A stretch of 64,000 nt of DNA from Mytilus californianus (Eukaryota). Location of the stretch: the NCBI RefSeq assembly GCF_021869535.1, contig NW_026262668.1, positions 132,618,001-132,682,000 on the forward strand, read 5' to 3'. Every line of letters starts with the position of its first letter. The first letter of the stretch is position 1. The notes below the pieces were generated by a model. That model saw nothing but the letters and a program-made list of their open reading frames with translations. It was not told the origin of the DNA and ran no database searches. Both the position numbers and the translations under genes were made by a program. Positions 11,601 through 25,355 of this stretch are shown one piece after another.

Positions 11601-14600
11601 TTGATTGCAGATCTTTGCAATATCGATGACAATCTAGAGCTTAACACATAGTATAGACACATGTTTATGTTGCGCTCTATCTGTCTTTTGGTTGATTCGT
11701 GTATTTAAGTTACCGTCTCATTGACATACACCTCACATCTTCTGTAATCATACTTACATACTTGCTCTTTAATCTTTTATGGAGCAGTAATCTCATTGGA
11801 ACAGTTCTTTGTGTATCATTAGTTGTACCTTTCGATACCGTACAAATGAACTGCTACAAAACAATAAAAAACTGAGTTGTAAAGGAACCCATTGTCATAC
11901 CGAAAAAGAGGTTATATTGGATAAGGGAGAAATTAAGCTTCGTAATATGCCATCGATGAACCTTTCAAAGAATTGTAACTCTCTGCGTGAGCTTTTGTGC
12001 CAGAAGGCAGAAGTCTCGGCGACCAAACTTCTTTTACCCGGTCAACGTGTGCAGTTTGATAGCGTAAAAGTGTGAACAAACCCAAGATAAGAATTTAAGG
12101 GAACTCAGTGCAAATGCCACCTTATCGATTTATATGAAGATACGATATGTCTTTAAATATTACATCATGTAAGAAGAACAAGTGCAGACTTTTGATAAAG
12201 AACCATGTTGATTCGAAGAATAGTTCATTATTGTTTTATTGATAAAAATATTAAACAGATTTATTTACCTCAATTTTTTTCAATCTGATTTTCTTAGACA
12301 AACACAAAACTGAAAGTCTCTATATTTAGGTGCATTTCAATAGCTGCGACATATGGAACATCGGAAAGAGAAAAAAGAGTGCCCTAGACTTTACCGAATT
12401 AAACGAAGCAACAAGGCAGGCACAAAAAAAAAGGTTTTAACGTCACATTCCGAACGTACGTGGATGCGAATGTATACATCCCGCACAGTCAAACGGACGC
12501 CCCACTTTAGCAATGAGTTTACTGTCGGAACCGGAGAAGTCCAGTGATGGCAATTTTTCTATACTCCAGTCAACCATTATGTTATCATGAATCATCATAC
12601 CCATTAGATTAGAGGTAACAGTAGTTTACCCATATTCAAATGTCATACATCTGTTTAGAAGTTACAGATCAAGTTAAAAAAATAACTGAGAGGATCGCAT
12701 GAACGCCAAACTGGACGAGACCGGGTGTGTCTCCAAATATGCATGCATCACCTGCTATGCGAATCTTTGACCATTAATCAAACCGTCATAAGAAAAATCT
12801 CATAACTCTTCCAAAAAATCATCGAATCAAAATGGCGGTGAGGTAAATTTTCGAACATTTTGTGTCAAATGAGTAGTGATTACAGTGTCTAAGCATTCTG
12901 CAATAGACAGAATATGGCCAAAGTCACAAAACTCCTACTGAAATGTTTACATCATAGCGTAGAATCATCTACAAATCATGTCAACACTCCTACTACTAAT
13001 AATTATGAAATCTTTTGAACAAACGTTCGCCAATAAGTAGCGTTCACAACATGTGAATAGGCCAAAAATTGTCAAGGTTCCATATTGCTAAATTAAAATG
13101 GTGATATAGTATGTAGACTATATAGAACAAGTATACATGTCTCAAAATATAAAATGTATTTTTTCATGGCTTAGAAACAGGTAGAATACGAAGCTTTGCC
13201 GATCATTTAATCACTATTTCTCAGAAAATTGGGACCATTTGCCAAAATTATACTTGGAAAAAATTTGTGTAAACAAACTTTAAATTATGCGCAAATGATT
13301 CATATATATATATATATATGATTTGAAAGATTCCAAATTGGTTGATCTTAGCTCTTACTGTAAAAATAATACCGATGGTCAAAACTATGGGTCACTTTTT
13401 TCCACATAACAGATACGTTACCGTCATGTTTTATTACCTTAGCAAACGAACTCTCATACAAAGTGTCATTGATTCAATTTTTTCCTCCAAAACTATTCTG
13501 GAGGTACCTAACGTTCTATTAATAGTCATAAATCTTGATGAAAGACTTTTAAAAATTTATAATTTGTTCTTGAATCCATATCTTGATCAAATACAACTGT
13601 GAAGACAGAAAAACATAATGATTAGTTGTTCTTAATAAAAAATGTATCAAGATATTAATCCAAATATTTTAAAATAGCAATTATCAACAACTGCTCTTGT
13701 TAATTTCATATATTTTTTCAACTGTTTATATATCTTATCTTATTTTCAACTTGGAAATGAACATATCACGTATCTGTTCAGAAAACGACTTTGATATTGA
13801 AAACTCTGTTATATCGATTCTGGAACTTTTAATTTTAAATAAGCTTTTAAAAATATATAATATTTGAAAAAAGAAGTAAGCGTAACGCATAAAACTTTAA
13901 CGAAATCAATAAAATATAAGATGTAACGTACCCGTTCAAGGTATGCAACAGATACGTTACCATAGGAAACAAATATGTTACTCAATGTTTGCAACCTGAA
14001 CATTACTTTTATCCTGTAGGTAACAAATTCAAATGCCTAATTCTTATCTACGTGTTAAAATGTCTAATTTGGTATATTAGCGCAATATATATTACAATAT
14101 CCAGTTAAAAGCAGTACAATCACCTCATTTGACGTTGTCCTTCAAAAATCTTCGAAAGTTGCAGCTCATAACTTGTTGCATTGATGATATTATTGAAATT
14201 TAACATTAAACAAAACAAAAAGATATTAAGCAGGTAGCTCATATGTCTGAATTCCGAAATGGAAGCGGTATTTCATCGTTATTCAAAACATGGTAACGTA
14301 TCCTTTAGTACCGTATCTGTTTAACAAAATATTCTTAGTCTTTTATTTCAAATATTGTTCTAATAACAGGACATTTTCTACTGTTGAAAAGAAAGGTCAA
14401 ATATGTAAACACATATTTATACAGTTAAATGGATCCCGTGCAAGTGGTTAATTTTTAAGCGAAAGATTCCATAGTATCGTATATGTTCAAAATTACCGTG
14501 AAAAAGCCATTTCCCAGTTTAGTAGCTTATTAATTTTCTTATCGTTATAAATACACATAAAATAATTTTGTTTTGGTTACAACTATGGAAGCAACATAAC

Positions 14601-14658
14601 TATTCTTTCCTTTAGATAAATGTAGAGCCAGTTTAATTAAAAGTTGGTAACTTATCTG

Positions 14659-15465
14659 GGGCCAGTTTCACAAAGCTGTCTTAGGACTAAGATATGTCTT
14701 AGGATGGTCTTACGACATATCTTAGTCCTAAGTGGGTTTCACAAAGTGGTCCTAATTTAGGACATCTCTTAAAGTTGGTCATAAAGTTAGGACTACACGA
14801 GAGGTGTCTTATGATGGTCTTAGGATAGTCATAAGTTTATTTTTATGAATTACACTTATTTTTTATATTAATTTTGCAAATTATGTTATTATTATTTGAT
14901 TATCTAACTCCTTCTTCTACTCGTAACAAAATCTTTATAGGTTGGCGGATTATCAACAATGATTTATCAACAATGAACATTCGATTTATTTATATCAAAA
15001 ATGCACGATTTTATTCTTTAACCTTTTTATAACCGATACAGTGAAAACTTGAATTCAACTCACTTGTACAAAATCAAATAATCATCAGCTTATTGTTTTT
15101 TTTTCTCAAATTTTTATTTGAATTTTTATATGCATATTGGTGTATTATTAATAGATTATTTATATAAATTAAACTAATGCTTTATATTAATTTTACAAAA
15201 TATCTAATTCTGGAATGTTAATCAATACGTTAAGTAATTTATTGGAAACACATAATACATTTACATGAATTTTTCCATGAATCCATGTTAATATTTAAAA
15301 ATTTAAAGAACTTGCGACAGGTTTAGGATATCTTAGCTAAGATCATCCTGAGACAGCTTCGAGGCGAGGTCTGAGATATGTCCTAGGATAGTCATAAGAG
15401 GATCATAAGAATGTCCTAAGATATATCTTATGACAGGTCTTAGGATAGCTTCGTGTAACCGGCCC
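14659..15465. mobile_element. PIF/Harbinger-like MITE
   Basis: TIR GGGCCAGTTTCACAAAGCT / AGCTTCGTGTAACCGGCCC; 3-bp flanks CTG/ATG (one mismatch); subterminal GTCTTAGGAT-type repeats. Confidence 0.7.
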
Positions 15466-16254
15466 ATGTCACAAAAATAGTGACATATAATCTCAAAACT
15501 TGGTTTGGGTTTTTTTTATGACAAACTAATTAAAATGGCATAAATATGTACTGGCTCAATGGTGATGGATCAGAAAAGGCAACATTAGTACATTAGTTCT
15601 TTCGAGCCGAATACAAATAAAATTTATATTTCGGGACAATTTATACGTGTTCCCCTTGTACTGCAACTCTTACAACTGTTTTCAAATGAAATATTTGGGG
15701 TAAAAAACTTAAAGAAGCTGACGACGTAATAATTCAGCGTACCGGTATAAATACGTCATAAATAAAACTTGACAGTATTGAGGGCATACGATACAGTTTT
15801 GATCCCAGGCCACGGTGATTTTTTGACGAAAGTTTGCATACAAGCTATTTTTCACCTAGTTAGTTCAGATATGTAATAAAAAATACACCTTCATGTGCTA
15901 CTTTTAGAGATAAATGGGGTCGAAATTTTAGACATTTACTGGAAATTTCGGTTTTTTGAACATTTCTATCCTTTAGAAAGACATACTTAACTTTTTTGTT
16001 TTAAATAAGTGTGCTTTGAATTTGTGAGACAACTCTTTGGAAATTGTTCATTTTTATCACATTTTCATGATTTTAGTCAATAAACGGCATTTTTGCTGTA
16101 TATTTTTCTAATTTGAAAAAAAAATACATCGGTGATTTGTTCATAAAAATTGGCACAAATAATCTTCATACATAATCAAGCCAAATGTCATTTTTAATCA
16201 AAGTACTGAATTATTGAACATCGGATGACCGCAAGTTCTTGTGGATGGTCACAA

Positions 16255-16343
16255 GCACTTGTCTCAGAAAAAAAATCACATCTGTATACCTGAAAGTGAG
16301 GTTAATGTACAGAGGTATATTTTTTTCTGAGACAAGTTCGTGC
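16255..16343. mobile_element. Miniature hairpin element (about 90 bp)
   Basis: CTTGTCTCAGAAAAAAAAT ... ATTTTTTTCTGAGACAAG arms with further internal complementarity. Confidence 0.7.
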
Positions 16344-17697
16344 GTGGATAATGAATAAATGACAGGGAATTCATCGTCACCGTATGTTTTATACGCTTTA
16401 TCATATATTTAAACAGGAGAGTATATATGAACTGCTTTCTGATCCCTAGCACCTGGGTTACCTTCAGATTTACTTTTTTCTTGTTTTAAAAGCTTTAAAA
16501 GAACTGCTTAATTATTCATCCGAAGCACCTGGGTTACCTTACAATTTGCGTCCTGTTGTTCATAGAAATATTTTGTTTATTGTATTTTTTTATGTTTTGT
16601 ATGGTATTTCATTGAGTTCTTCTTTTATAGTTGATCATAATTGCATTTCGTGTGCCAGAAAATATAAAAGCTCGACGTCTGTGACGTCACATGCCAAACA
16701 ATGACGCCATTCGATAAATGACGTCACGCCCTAATGACCGTTTCATTAAGGACCCATTGAGGAAAAATATTTCTTGAGAAGCTTGCATAAATTAAAACAT
16801 GGACTTCATGTAAATTTAGTTGGAATCACTACTGTCATAAATGACAAATTTGAGTAGGGGTGTGATAAAGGGTGCGCATCAAAGTTGAGCGATACGGATT
16901 AAACAGCAGGCTATTTATCAAATATTCAAAACTACTGTATTTAATACTAAATATATGATAAAAATCAGTGTACTCTGGTTTGTTGTTATATATTATGTTA
17001 ATGTTTGTATATAACAGTTACATGTATAAGATATAATTTTCATCCATTTGTATATCATTCTATTATTTATCATTTATTTTGTATAATCTTCGGTATTTTA
17101 TTTGGAAGAGATACAGTAATGAACGTGTGCATTTCAGAAATTAAAATATATGGACATATGTGTCCATCCCGCACAGTCTGATTTTCTTTCTTCTTTACGC
17201 GTTACTTCCAATAGAATCTTGGTTTGGATAAGAATGTCCTTCTAAATCATTTTGCCATAATTACTAAAATTACCGAAATTATAAAAAAAAAGGTCAAATT
17301 TGGGGCATCTTTAGGCATTCAAGTGTTGTTACATATTAAAGATACATCATAAAATTGTTGATTAATACCACAAAGTTCATTGAGTAGGTAATCACGGTTG
17401 GTATAGTGTCCGGCTGGGATCGTGGTTTTTCGAGTGATTTGATCGGTTTTTTTCGAGTGTGACCACTTTTTTTTTGAGTGAATATTATCAAAAATGTAAA
17501 CAAACAGACTTCCTTTCTGGTAAAACGTGAAAAAAGATACTAGAACCTTATATACAAGATCATAGAAGGTAAAATAGTATTTTTGATAAAAAGATATTAT
17601 CAACCATACATTACTTTGTTTTAAAAACGTTTAACTTAGCCTTACAATGATCTTACAATGCTTTATTCCAAAATATAGATTAAAGCCATTTTTATAC

Positions 17698-17965
17698 ACC
17701 TGATGTTCAGTGGTTGTCATTTGTTGATGTGGTTCACAAGTGTTTCTCGTTTCTCGTTTTTTTTATATAGATTAGACCGTTGGTTTTCCTGTTTGAATGG
17801 TTTTACACTAGCCATTTTTGGGCCCTTTATAGCTTGCTGTTCGGTGTGAGACAAGGCTTCGCGTTGAAGGCCGTACTTTGACCTATAATGGTTTACTTTT
17901 ACAAATTGTGACTTGGATGGAGAGTCGTCTCATTGGCACTCATACCACATCTTCTTATATCAATA
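17698..17965 (-). mobile_element. Abundant SINE-like dispersed repeat, family A
   Basis: Reverse complement of GATGTGGTATGAGTGCCAATGAGAC..; copies at 21700-22345, 24300-24535, 26490-26640 (-) and 29918-30075, 46293-46375, 58245-58440, 61305-61640 (+). Confidence 0.8.
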
Positions 17966-18504
17966 TACATACCTATGCAAATGTCAACAGAAATGTGCAC
18001 ATGGAATCTATGTATACTTAGATATATACAGACACTTTACAAAATTCTTGTTTTTGCATTGAAATGGACATTTTGGAGAGTAAATCCATTATTATATGTC
18101 CGTGTTTTTTCGAGTGTGTCCTTGTTTTATCGAGTTAAAAAACAACATTCCGTTGGATTAAAATGTAATATGTCAGTGTATTTACGTTTAAAGAACATTG
18201 AAAAGATTCAAATAAAGTACTTTTCAAAGCACGAAACAATGCATTAAACCTGTTTGATAATGCTGAATTAACACGTACATTTCAAAAACAGTCCTCGTTC
18301 ATTTGCATTCTGAAATCTTCAGGTTAGTGTACCGATATGGATTTCATACAGTAAATATTTTGTGACATAAACAATCTCTATGTGAGCTCAACCATGTTGG
18401 ACTGAGACGTACGTACACATAGAGTATAAAGCGGGTAAATGTGTTTTAACAGAAAATATATCCTTAATGTTTCATTTACTATTTGTCTTGATGAAAATAT
18501 TAGC

Positions 18505-18639
18505 TATCTTGGTGTAATCAGGAGTGTACAGAATTTTACACCGGAGTTGAAAATCTATACACCGTGTGGCGCAGCCGAAGGTATTATGCATTTTCAACAC
18601 CGATGTAAAATTCCTTACACTCCTGATTGCACCAAGATA
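18505..18639. mobile_element. Palindromic MITE
   Basis: 50-bp arms (18505-18554, 18590-18639) with 5 mismatches around a 35-bp spacer. Confidence 0.8.
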
Positions 18640-18671
18640 ACGATTTTTTGTCTTACTTAACGTTCGTTTAC

Positions 18672-20036
18672 TTTTTGGAACGGTGAGCTTTAGCCATCAC
18701 TTGGCGTCCGTCGTCGTCCGTCTGGTGTAAACTATTTCAAACATCTTCTCCTCTGAAACTACTGAACCAATTCAAACCAAACTTCAGCTGAATGATCCTT
18801 AGGGTATCTAGAATAAAGTTTGTGTTTTATTTTCTGTTTCGTCAAAAAACTTGGCCGCCATGGCTAAAAATAGCACATAGGGGTAAAATGCAGTTTTTGG
18901 CTTATATCTAAAAAAAACAAAGGAGTTAGAGCAAATCTGACATGGGTAAAAGTGTTTATTAGGTGAAGTTCTATCAGCCCTGAAATTTTCAGTTGAATCT
19001 GATAACCCATTGTTGGGTTGCTGCCACTAAATTGGTAATTTTAAGTAAATTTTGCAGTTTTTGGTTATTATTTTGAATATTATTAATGATAAAAGATAAA
19101 CTGTGAACAGCAAAAATGTTCAGCAAGGTAAGATCTAAAAATGATCAAAATTGTCAATTGACCCCTTAAGGAGTTATTGCCCTTTAAGGACAATTTTACA
19201 CAATTTGTTTATCATGTTTTCTAACTTTAAAAAATCTTCTTCTCTGAAACTACAAAACTAATTCCAACCTAACTTAAGCTGAATGGTTCTAAGAGTATCT
19301 AGAATAAAGTTTGTGTTTTATTTTCTGTTTCGTAAAAAAACATGGCCGCCATGGCTAAAAATAGAACGTAGGGGTTAAATGCAGTTTTTGGCTTATATCT
19401 AAAAAACCAAAGCATTAAGAGCTAATCTGATGAGAGGTAAAAATGTTTATATTAGGCCAAGCTCTGACAGCCCTGAAATTTTCAGATGAATCTAACAACT
19501 CATTGTTTGATTGCTGCCACTTAATTGGTAATTTCAAGGAAATTTTGCAGATTTTGGTTATTATCTTGAATATTATTAACGATAAAGATAAACTGTAAAC
19601 AGCAAAAATAAGCAAAGTAAGATCTACAAATAAGTTCCAATGATCAAAATGGTCAATTGTCCCCTTAAGGAGTTATTGCCCTTTAAAATCAATTTTTCAA
19701 AATTTGTTCATTTAGTTTGCTTACTTTAAAAGTCTTCTCCTTAGAAACTGATGAATCAATTTCAGCCAAACTTGGGCCGAATGAGTTTCAGAGTATCTAG
19801 TATAAATTTTGTATTTTATTTTCTTGTACGTCAAGAAACATAGCCACTATGGCTAAAATGAAACATAGGGGTAAAATGCATTTCTTTGATTTTGAAGAAA
19901 TATGACAGATACAAAGAACATTTCAATGGAAGTTTAAAGCCATTCATTGATATATATTGAAAAGCAAAAATAATCATTGATGAAAGATTTAAGCAAAAAA
20001 TTACAGGTGAGCGATTCAGGCTCTTGAGAGCCTCTT
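18672..20036 (+). mobile_element. Helentron/HINE-type element with about 2.5 tandem 500-bp cores
   Basis: GTCC/GTC microsatellite near the 5' end; cores beginning CTTCTCCTCTGAAACTAC; 3' CAGGTGAGCG and hairpin AGGCTC-TTGA-GAGCCT at 20018-20033. Confidence 0.85.
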
Positions 20037-21699
20037 TTTTTATTCCCTGGAATAAAATTGAAAAAAAATCTTATGACCAACTTCCACTACACATTTTTCA
20101 ACACCGAAATTTCTGTCCATATCAAATATACTCTCATTTTCAGTGACAGGCTAAATTTCCCGACCTTTACCCCGAACGTCCTCTGTTACAGTACCTACTT
20201 ATTGGATTTACTGTAAATTTGTTCTCGTCCGGAACATGCATGACACATTTTGCCACTGGACGTTAAGCAACCAACAATCAATCATTTAGAATATTGTCCG
20301 TTTATAAATTTAAAAATCATAAAAAGGATAAGGTTTCAACTCCATCAGGCAAAGTTGACCTTAGATGGATTTGGCTAATTTTAGGTCGTTTTGGTCATAT
20401 AGCATAAAATTATAAAGTGTTGTTTTCATTTTTTATTATATACTCCATTCAATTCAAATGCTATTGTAATTTATTAATTTTTGTTTGTGGGGAAGGTGGG
20501 GGGGGGGGTCCTCTTTTAGTAGAATATTTGGGTTTATATTGAATTTTTCTAATTGTTTACTCCTTTTCCTTAATTTTCTTGCTCCTATGCTTTTTCGTCA
20601 CTGTAATATATATCAATCATAAAATATTATTGACTGTACAAATAAAAGCATGCATGCCATGAAATTAAAAAGATTATGAGTCCCTGTACTCGGTTCTTAC
20701 GACCGTTTTCAAACGGACCCATTGATTTCTTCTTATATATCGTAATAATGCTAGGTTATGGTAAAATGTTTTCAGATCAGAGAGTTATCATTAAATTGAA
20801 AATGGTTAAATTTGATCAACATAGTAATCTGTGTTTGTGATTTATTCCGAATATATAATATTGTCCATCGCTAAATTACAGTTACAAACTAGAAAAAGTC
20901 AGTTTTTAAGCCAAAGAATGTCTTCTTTCTTATTCACATTTTCTTCAAAAAACTCGGATCATTTGTTAAAATAACCGGACGTTTTAACTGTTGCTACCGA
21001 AAAAACATGGACAATGTAAATAACTGAATTTTAGGTTAAATACAACGAAATTGTGAGTCTTTTGTGCTCAAAACGTGTATAGTATTCAGAATAACATGGA
21101 CGGTCATGAATAAAACGATTATAATTGCGAAATAGCAGTTAATTGACCTGATCGCATGGTTTATCACTCGAAAAAAAAACCGATCTACACTCGAAAAAAG
21201 TGGACCGATTCACTCGAAAAAAACACGATCTCCGCCGGACACTATACCTACCGTGGTAATTGGAAAGTTTTATTTGATTTGGCCTTGGTGATAATATTTT
21301 CGAGAGAATGTGGACATACTCTTCTGTATTAAGGATTACTGTTTAGTGCGCTTGATCTTATTCAGTACTGAATATTTTGTGTAATTTATGTTCGATTGGA
21401 TAAAGTATGTACAATCCAAATGCTGATAAGAGTTTGTCGTGATAAGATCGTAAGTCAAATAGTTTATACTGTAGAAGGATTGTTTGTTCTATTATCAATC
21501 AAATTTCATTTTACTTTTGAAGTCTATTTCTGAAAGATCAACCTCGAGACAGGTCTTTGCTTGAATGGTATTTATTGTAGCAACTAGCGCGGTAAGGAGT
21601 CGACATATAGATTTCAGTAACTGCGAGTATTCTAAAATTCCGTTTTTTTGTGTTTGTTGTCATTTGTTAATTGTGTTCGTGTTTAATACTGAACTGACG

Positions 21700-22345
21700 A
21701 ATCTAGCCATTCTGAGGAGTCTAGTTCTATTCAACTGATTTTAACAGTCTGATTTTTTGTTGTATGCACGGTAACACCACAGTCTTTGGGGGAGTTGAGC
21801 ACCCGGAAATATGTTTAATTCCGCCACATTCTTCGCGTACATGTCCCAAGCCAGGGAAGTTAGTCTATGGTCTGTCGTTGGTTGATGTCTAGCATTCTTG
21901 CTTTGCGTAATAAGCTTGTTTCAGGTCGTTATAAGTTAGTTTTCTTTTTTAAGTGGTTCAATATTTTGCTATCCCGGGGTCTTGTATAGCTTAATATACT
22001 TACTTACTTACTCAATGTTGTTTTCGGGTACAGGATCCTCGCGGTTCCTCTTCACCACATGCAATCATTAAGTGTGTTTTGTTCTCTTTTATTTCTGTTG
22101 CTATTTCCGGTTATTTCAGCTCGATAATCAGAATAATAGATTTCTTCATTTTTCAATATCTATGTAGTCTATTTTTGAAGGCGTTTTTTGATGGGGCCTT
22201 TATCTCTTTATCGGGGATGTTTGTTTCATATTTTTTGCAATGTTTACCGCAAAGCGGTTAGAGTTTTGCTCATTATTAAAGGCCGTGCGGTGAACAATAG
22301 TTGTTTACATTCTTGTGCGTTGGTCTTTGGTTGATAACGACAAAT
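21700..22345 (-). mobile_element. SINE-like family A copy interrupted by a CR1 fragment
   Basis: Family A sequence on both sides of 21997-22252. Confidence 0.65.
21997..22252 (-). mobile_element. 3' end of a CR1-type LINE
   Basis: Minus strand reads PSKNAFKNRLHRY.KNEEIYYSDYRAEITG (CR1 ORF2 C-terminus, one frameshift) followed by an (AGTA)n tail. Confidence 0.7.
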
Positions 22346-24159
22346 AAATATCGAAGAGTCATCGTGTTTCTCTATTAATGCGTTAAAGCCACGTAACAAT
22401 CTCTAAATAACCAGGACCCGGTTGTTCAAATGTATGATAAATATAAATATTGGTTGTATATAACCATGGGTAAAACTGCAAAGCTCCATTTAACCTTAAC
22501 GCAACAAAAAAGGGGGTGTAAAACGCAATAAGCAGTATTTGATATCAATCAGTAACTTATACTAAATAATAAAAAGACCACAGTCAACGACAATCTTTAA
22601 TAATAGCAAGGTAATCTCTTTACTTTGGATCTTAGTTAAAGCTTTGGAAAATACAGGGGAAAATCAACCAGCTGTCATTAAAGTGAGAAATTTAGGTAGC
22701 TATAAAACCAGGTTTAATCCACCATTTTCTATATAAGGAAATGCCTGTACCAAGTCAGGAATATGACAGTTGTTTTCTATTCAATTGATGTGTTTGAGCT
22801 TTTGCTTTTGCCAATTGATAAGGGTCTTTCCGTTTTGAATTTTCCTTGGAGTTAAGTATTTTTGTTGTTTTACTTTCTACCAAGACAAGATGAAAAAGCA
22901 ATATAAACCAAGTTGAATGTTTGTCGACTGGTCATTTTTTTCTTATTGCACAACTTTTTTTCTGTTGCACTGGAATGGACTTAAGTTACTCGGTAATGAT
23001 TTTTTTGTTATATAGATTCTAATTGGGCAACACTTTAAATAAACAAAATATGTATTACATAGAACTCCTTTCTAGTAATAACTGACATTTTGATAAGTTA
23101 AGACAAAATAAGGACTTTAAATTAATCTTTTTTCCCCCAATGATTGTTTAGTTTCTTTTTAAATACTTGTATCGTGGTGCTTGAAATGTAAACAGTTACT
23201 GCAAACTTGTCTGAGTGATTTACGAACTCTTAACCACTGAAATCACTAATAGTCTATAAAATACAGACTTCCGTAAAATAAAATAAGTTATGCTCAATTT
23301 TTTTTTTATAATAATGCATTCTTTTATAATGAAAACTCTCCAAATAAGAATATAGGGGTAGCATGTATATATAAACTCTTACTTAAAGATCGTACGCGGA
23401 TAACAGCAAGTATACACATTACTGAAGGTATAACAAGATGAAATATAAACGAAATATTTAAAAAGATAGTAAACACACATGCACAAATAAATAAGCTGGC
23501 AAATTCTCCTGGGATTTGTATTTCAAAGAGTTTATAGCATATAATTTTCTATAAAATAAAATTGTCGGATTCAGCCTTCATGCTGCTTTTGAAGGCATTT
23601 TGATACAAAATTGCCAATTTGACATGTTTTTTCTTTTAAATTTTGCATCGAATGACGTCTCTAACGAAAACGAATTCATTGTATCCGAAAGAAAATATAT
23701 AGATATAGTACTTCCAAAAGAGTTTTGCTTTTGGTTAAGAATGTCCTTCTTATACATTTTGGGAATAAATATTCAAACTATTTTTCCTAAATCTTTCAAA
23801 TTTAAGTCTATCTTCGGGCGATTTAAATTCGGTTACATGCTAAGAAATATGCATAAGCCATGATGAAATTGTAAGAGCCTCTTAGTACACATATGGGGCC
23901 GTGTAAAGACTGAACTTTTTTTTCATTCCCACGTGTGAAAGAAATTTTAGGAATGTAAGTGCTTTATATACAACAATTAATTCACGTAGTACAAAGTATC
24001 ATAGATTATATGGTCTTAGGAATTTAACTAGCCAAATGTAATTGATAAAATATGTATGGAAGTTATAGAGTTATCTAGTGACTCTAGGAAGGAAAATATA
24101 TTCATTTTAGTATTATGGTGTTATATAAAATGAATAAGGCAAAATTCCAAATATCATTT

Positions 24160-24300
24160 AATACGTAATATGTATGCATTACTGGTAAATTAGTAAGTCA
24201 GGGATTTCGTTACCACGAATTACTTAAAACCTTTACTAAATTCTTCCATAGATACACATATTTGGTTTGGAAGTTTGGCTGTTCCTGTAGAAAACTTATT
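24160..24300 (+). pseudogene. Fragment of Penelope-like retroelement RT C-terminal region
   Basis: TGKLVSQGFRYHELLKTFTKFFHRY resembles the KLLxQGYRYHKLxKxFxKFYxR motif recalled from bivalve PLE-type RTs. Confidence 0.55.
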
Positions 24301-24849
24301 TGTATCATATTTGCTTTTCGTTCATTGTTATGTAAATAAATCAGGACGTTAGTTTTCTCGATGGAACTGTTTTACATTTGTCATTTCGGGGCCTTTTATA
24401 GCCGACTATGCGGTATGGGTTTTGCTCATTGTTGAAGGCCGTACGGTGACCTATAGTTGATAACTTCCATGTCATTTGGTCTCTGGTGGAGAGTTGTCTC
24501 ATTTGGCAATCGTACCACATCTTCTTATTTTTATTATAAAACTATGTTAGACCCCTAAAAATACCATATGGGTCTCTTGCTTCATCAATGAATAGATAAC
24601 TACATCTGCAATACAGCAAAAATAATGATATACCAAACATGAAGTCCATCTCTATTTTAGCAGAAAAAAACATTTAAAAACCAATAAGTGCTCTGCTGTA
24701 GCAAGTAAACTTCTTGCTTCTTGAACAAACATATTTATAATCAGAACAAGGGTCCTTATTTATCACTTATACTACAAAAATATTAAATTTCTGCTCTGCC
24801 TATATCATGATGATGCAATCTCCTATTTTTTTTTATCCCGGTCCGTTGT

Positions 24850-25355
24850 CTCAGGCATCCATTCTTAAAATACATAAGTAACATGAAATATTGTCATGAT
24901 TGTCAAATTGTTCTAAAAATGTGGAGAAATAAAAGCAATCATAAGTTATTCAATTTTTACGGATGTGAATGTAAGTAGGCATTATGCGACTTCTGGTGTG
25001 GATAGAATTACGGTTAAGGTAAGGAATGTAAGTATGTGTGCAATTTATGCACTCCTCATTACAGAATCTTAGGTTGTTTGGGTGTAAGTTCACATCCATT
25101 TTCTAGGATTCAGTGTGGATTCAAAATCAAATTTGTTGAAAAAGAGAGGCGAAAGATACCAAAGGGACATTCAAACTCATTAGTCGAAAATAAACTGACA
25201 ACGCCATGGCAAATAAAGAAAAAATACCAAAAGACATACAGCTGTACGCAAAACACAACATAGAAAACTAAAGACTGAGCAACACGAACCCCACCAAACT
25301 GTATAGTCAATAATGATATATCTACAAAATAAACGTTAGAATGGAAACTTTTGTC
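24850..25355 (+). repeat. Dispersed repeat also at 34030-34315; this copy is split by a family C insertion
   Basis: Shared CTCAGGCATCCATT..GTCAAATTGTTCTAAA..CATTACAGAATC..GGATTCAAAAT..AGAATGGAAACTTTTGTCTG. Confidence 0.7.
25140..25300 (-). mobile_element. SINE-like dispersed repeat, family C
   Basis: Reverse complement of the copy at 55000-55210. Confidence 0.75.

Larger units (their letters stand above)
17393..21255. mobile_element. Non-autonomous TIR DNA transposon, CACGG termini, 5-bp TSD GTAAT, with nested insertions
   Basis: CACGGTTGGTATAGTGTCCGGC at left; GCCGGACACTATACCTACCGTG at right; GTAAT at 17388-17392 and 21256-21260; inverted subterminal TTTTTTCGAGTG arrays. Confidence 0.88.

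Noticed and set aside
11809-12547. Short ORFs in CpG-richer sequence
   Set aside because: No family could be recognised in any frame examined.
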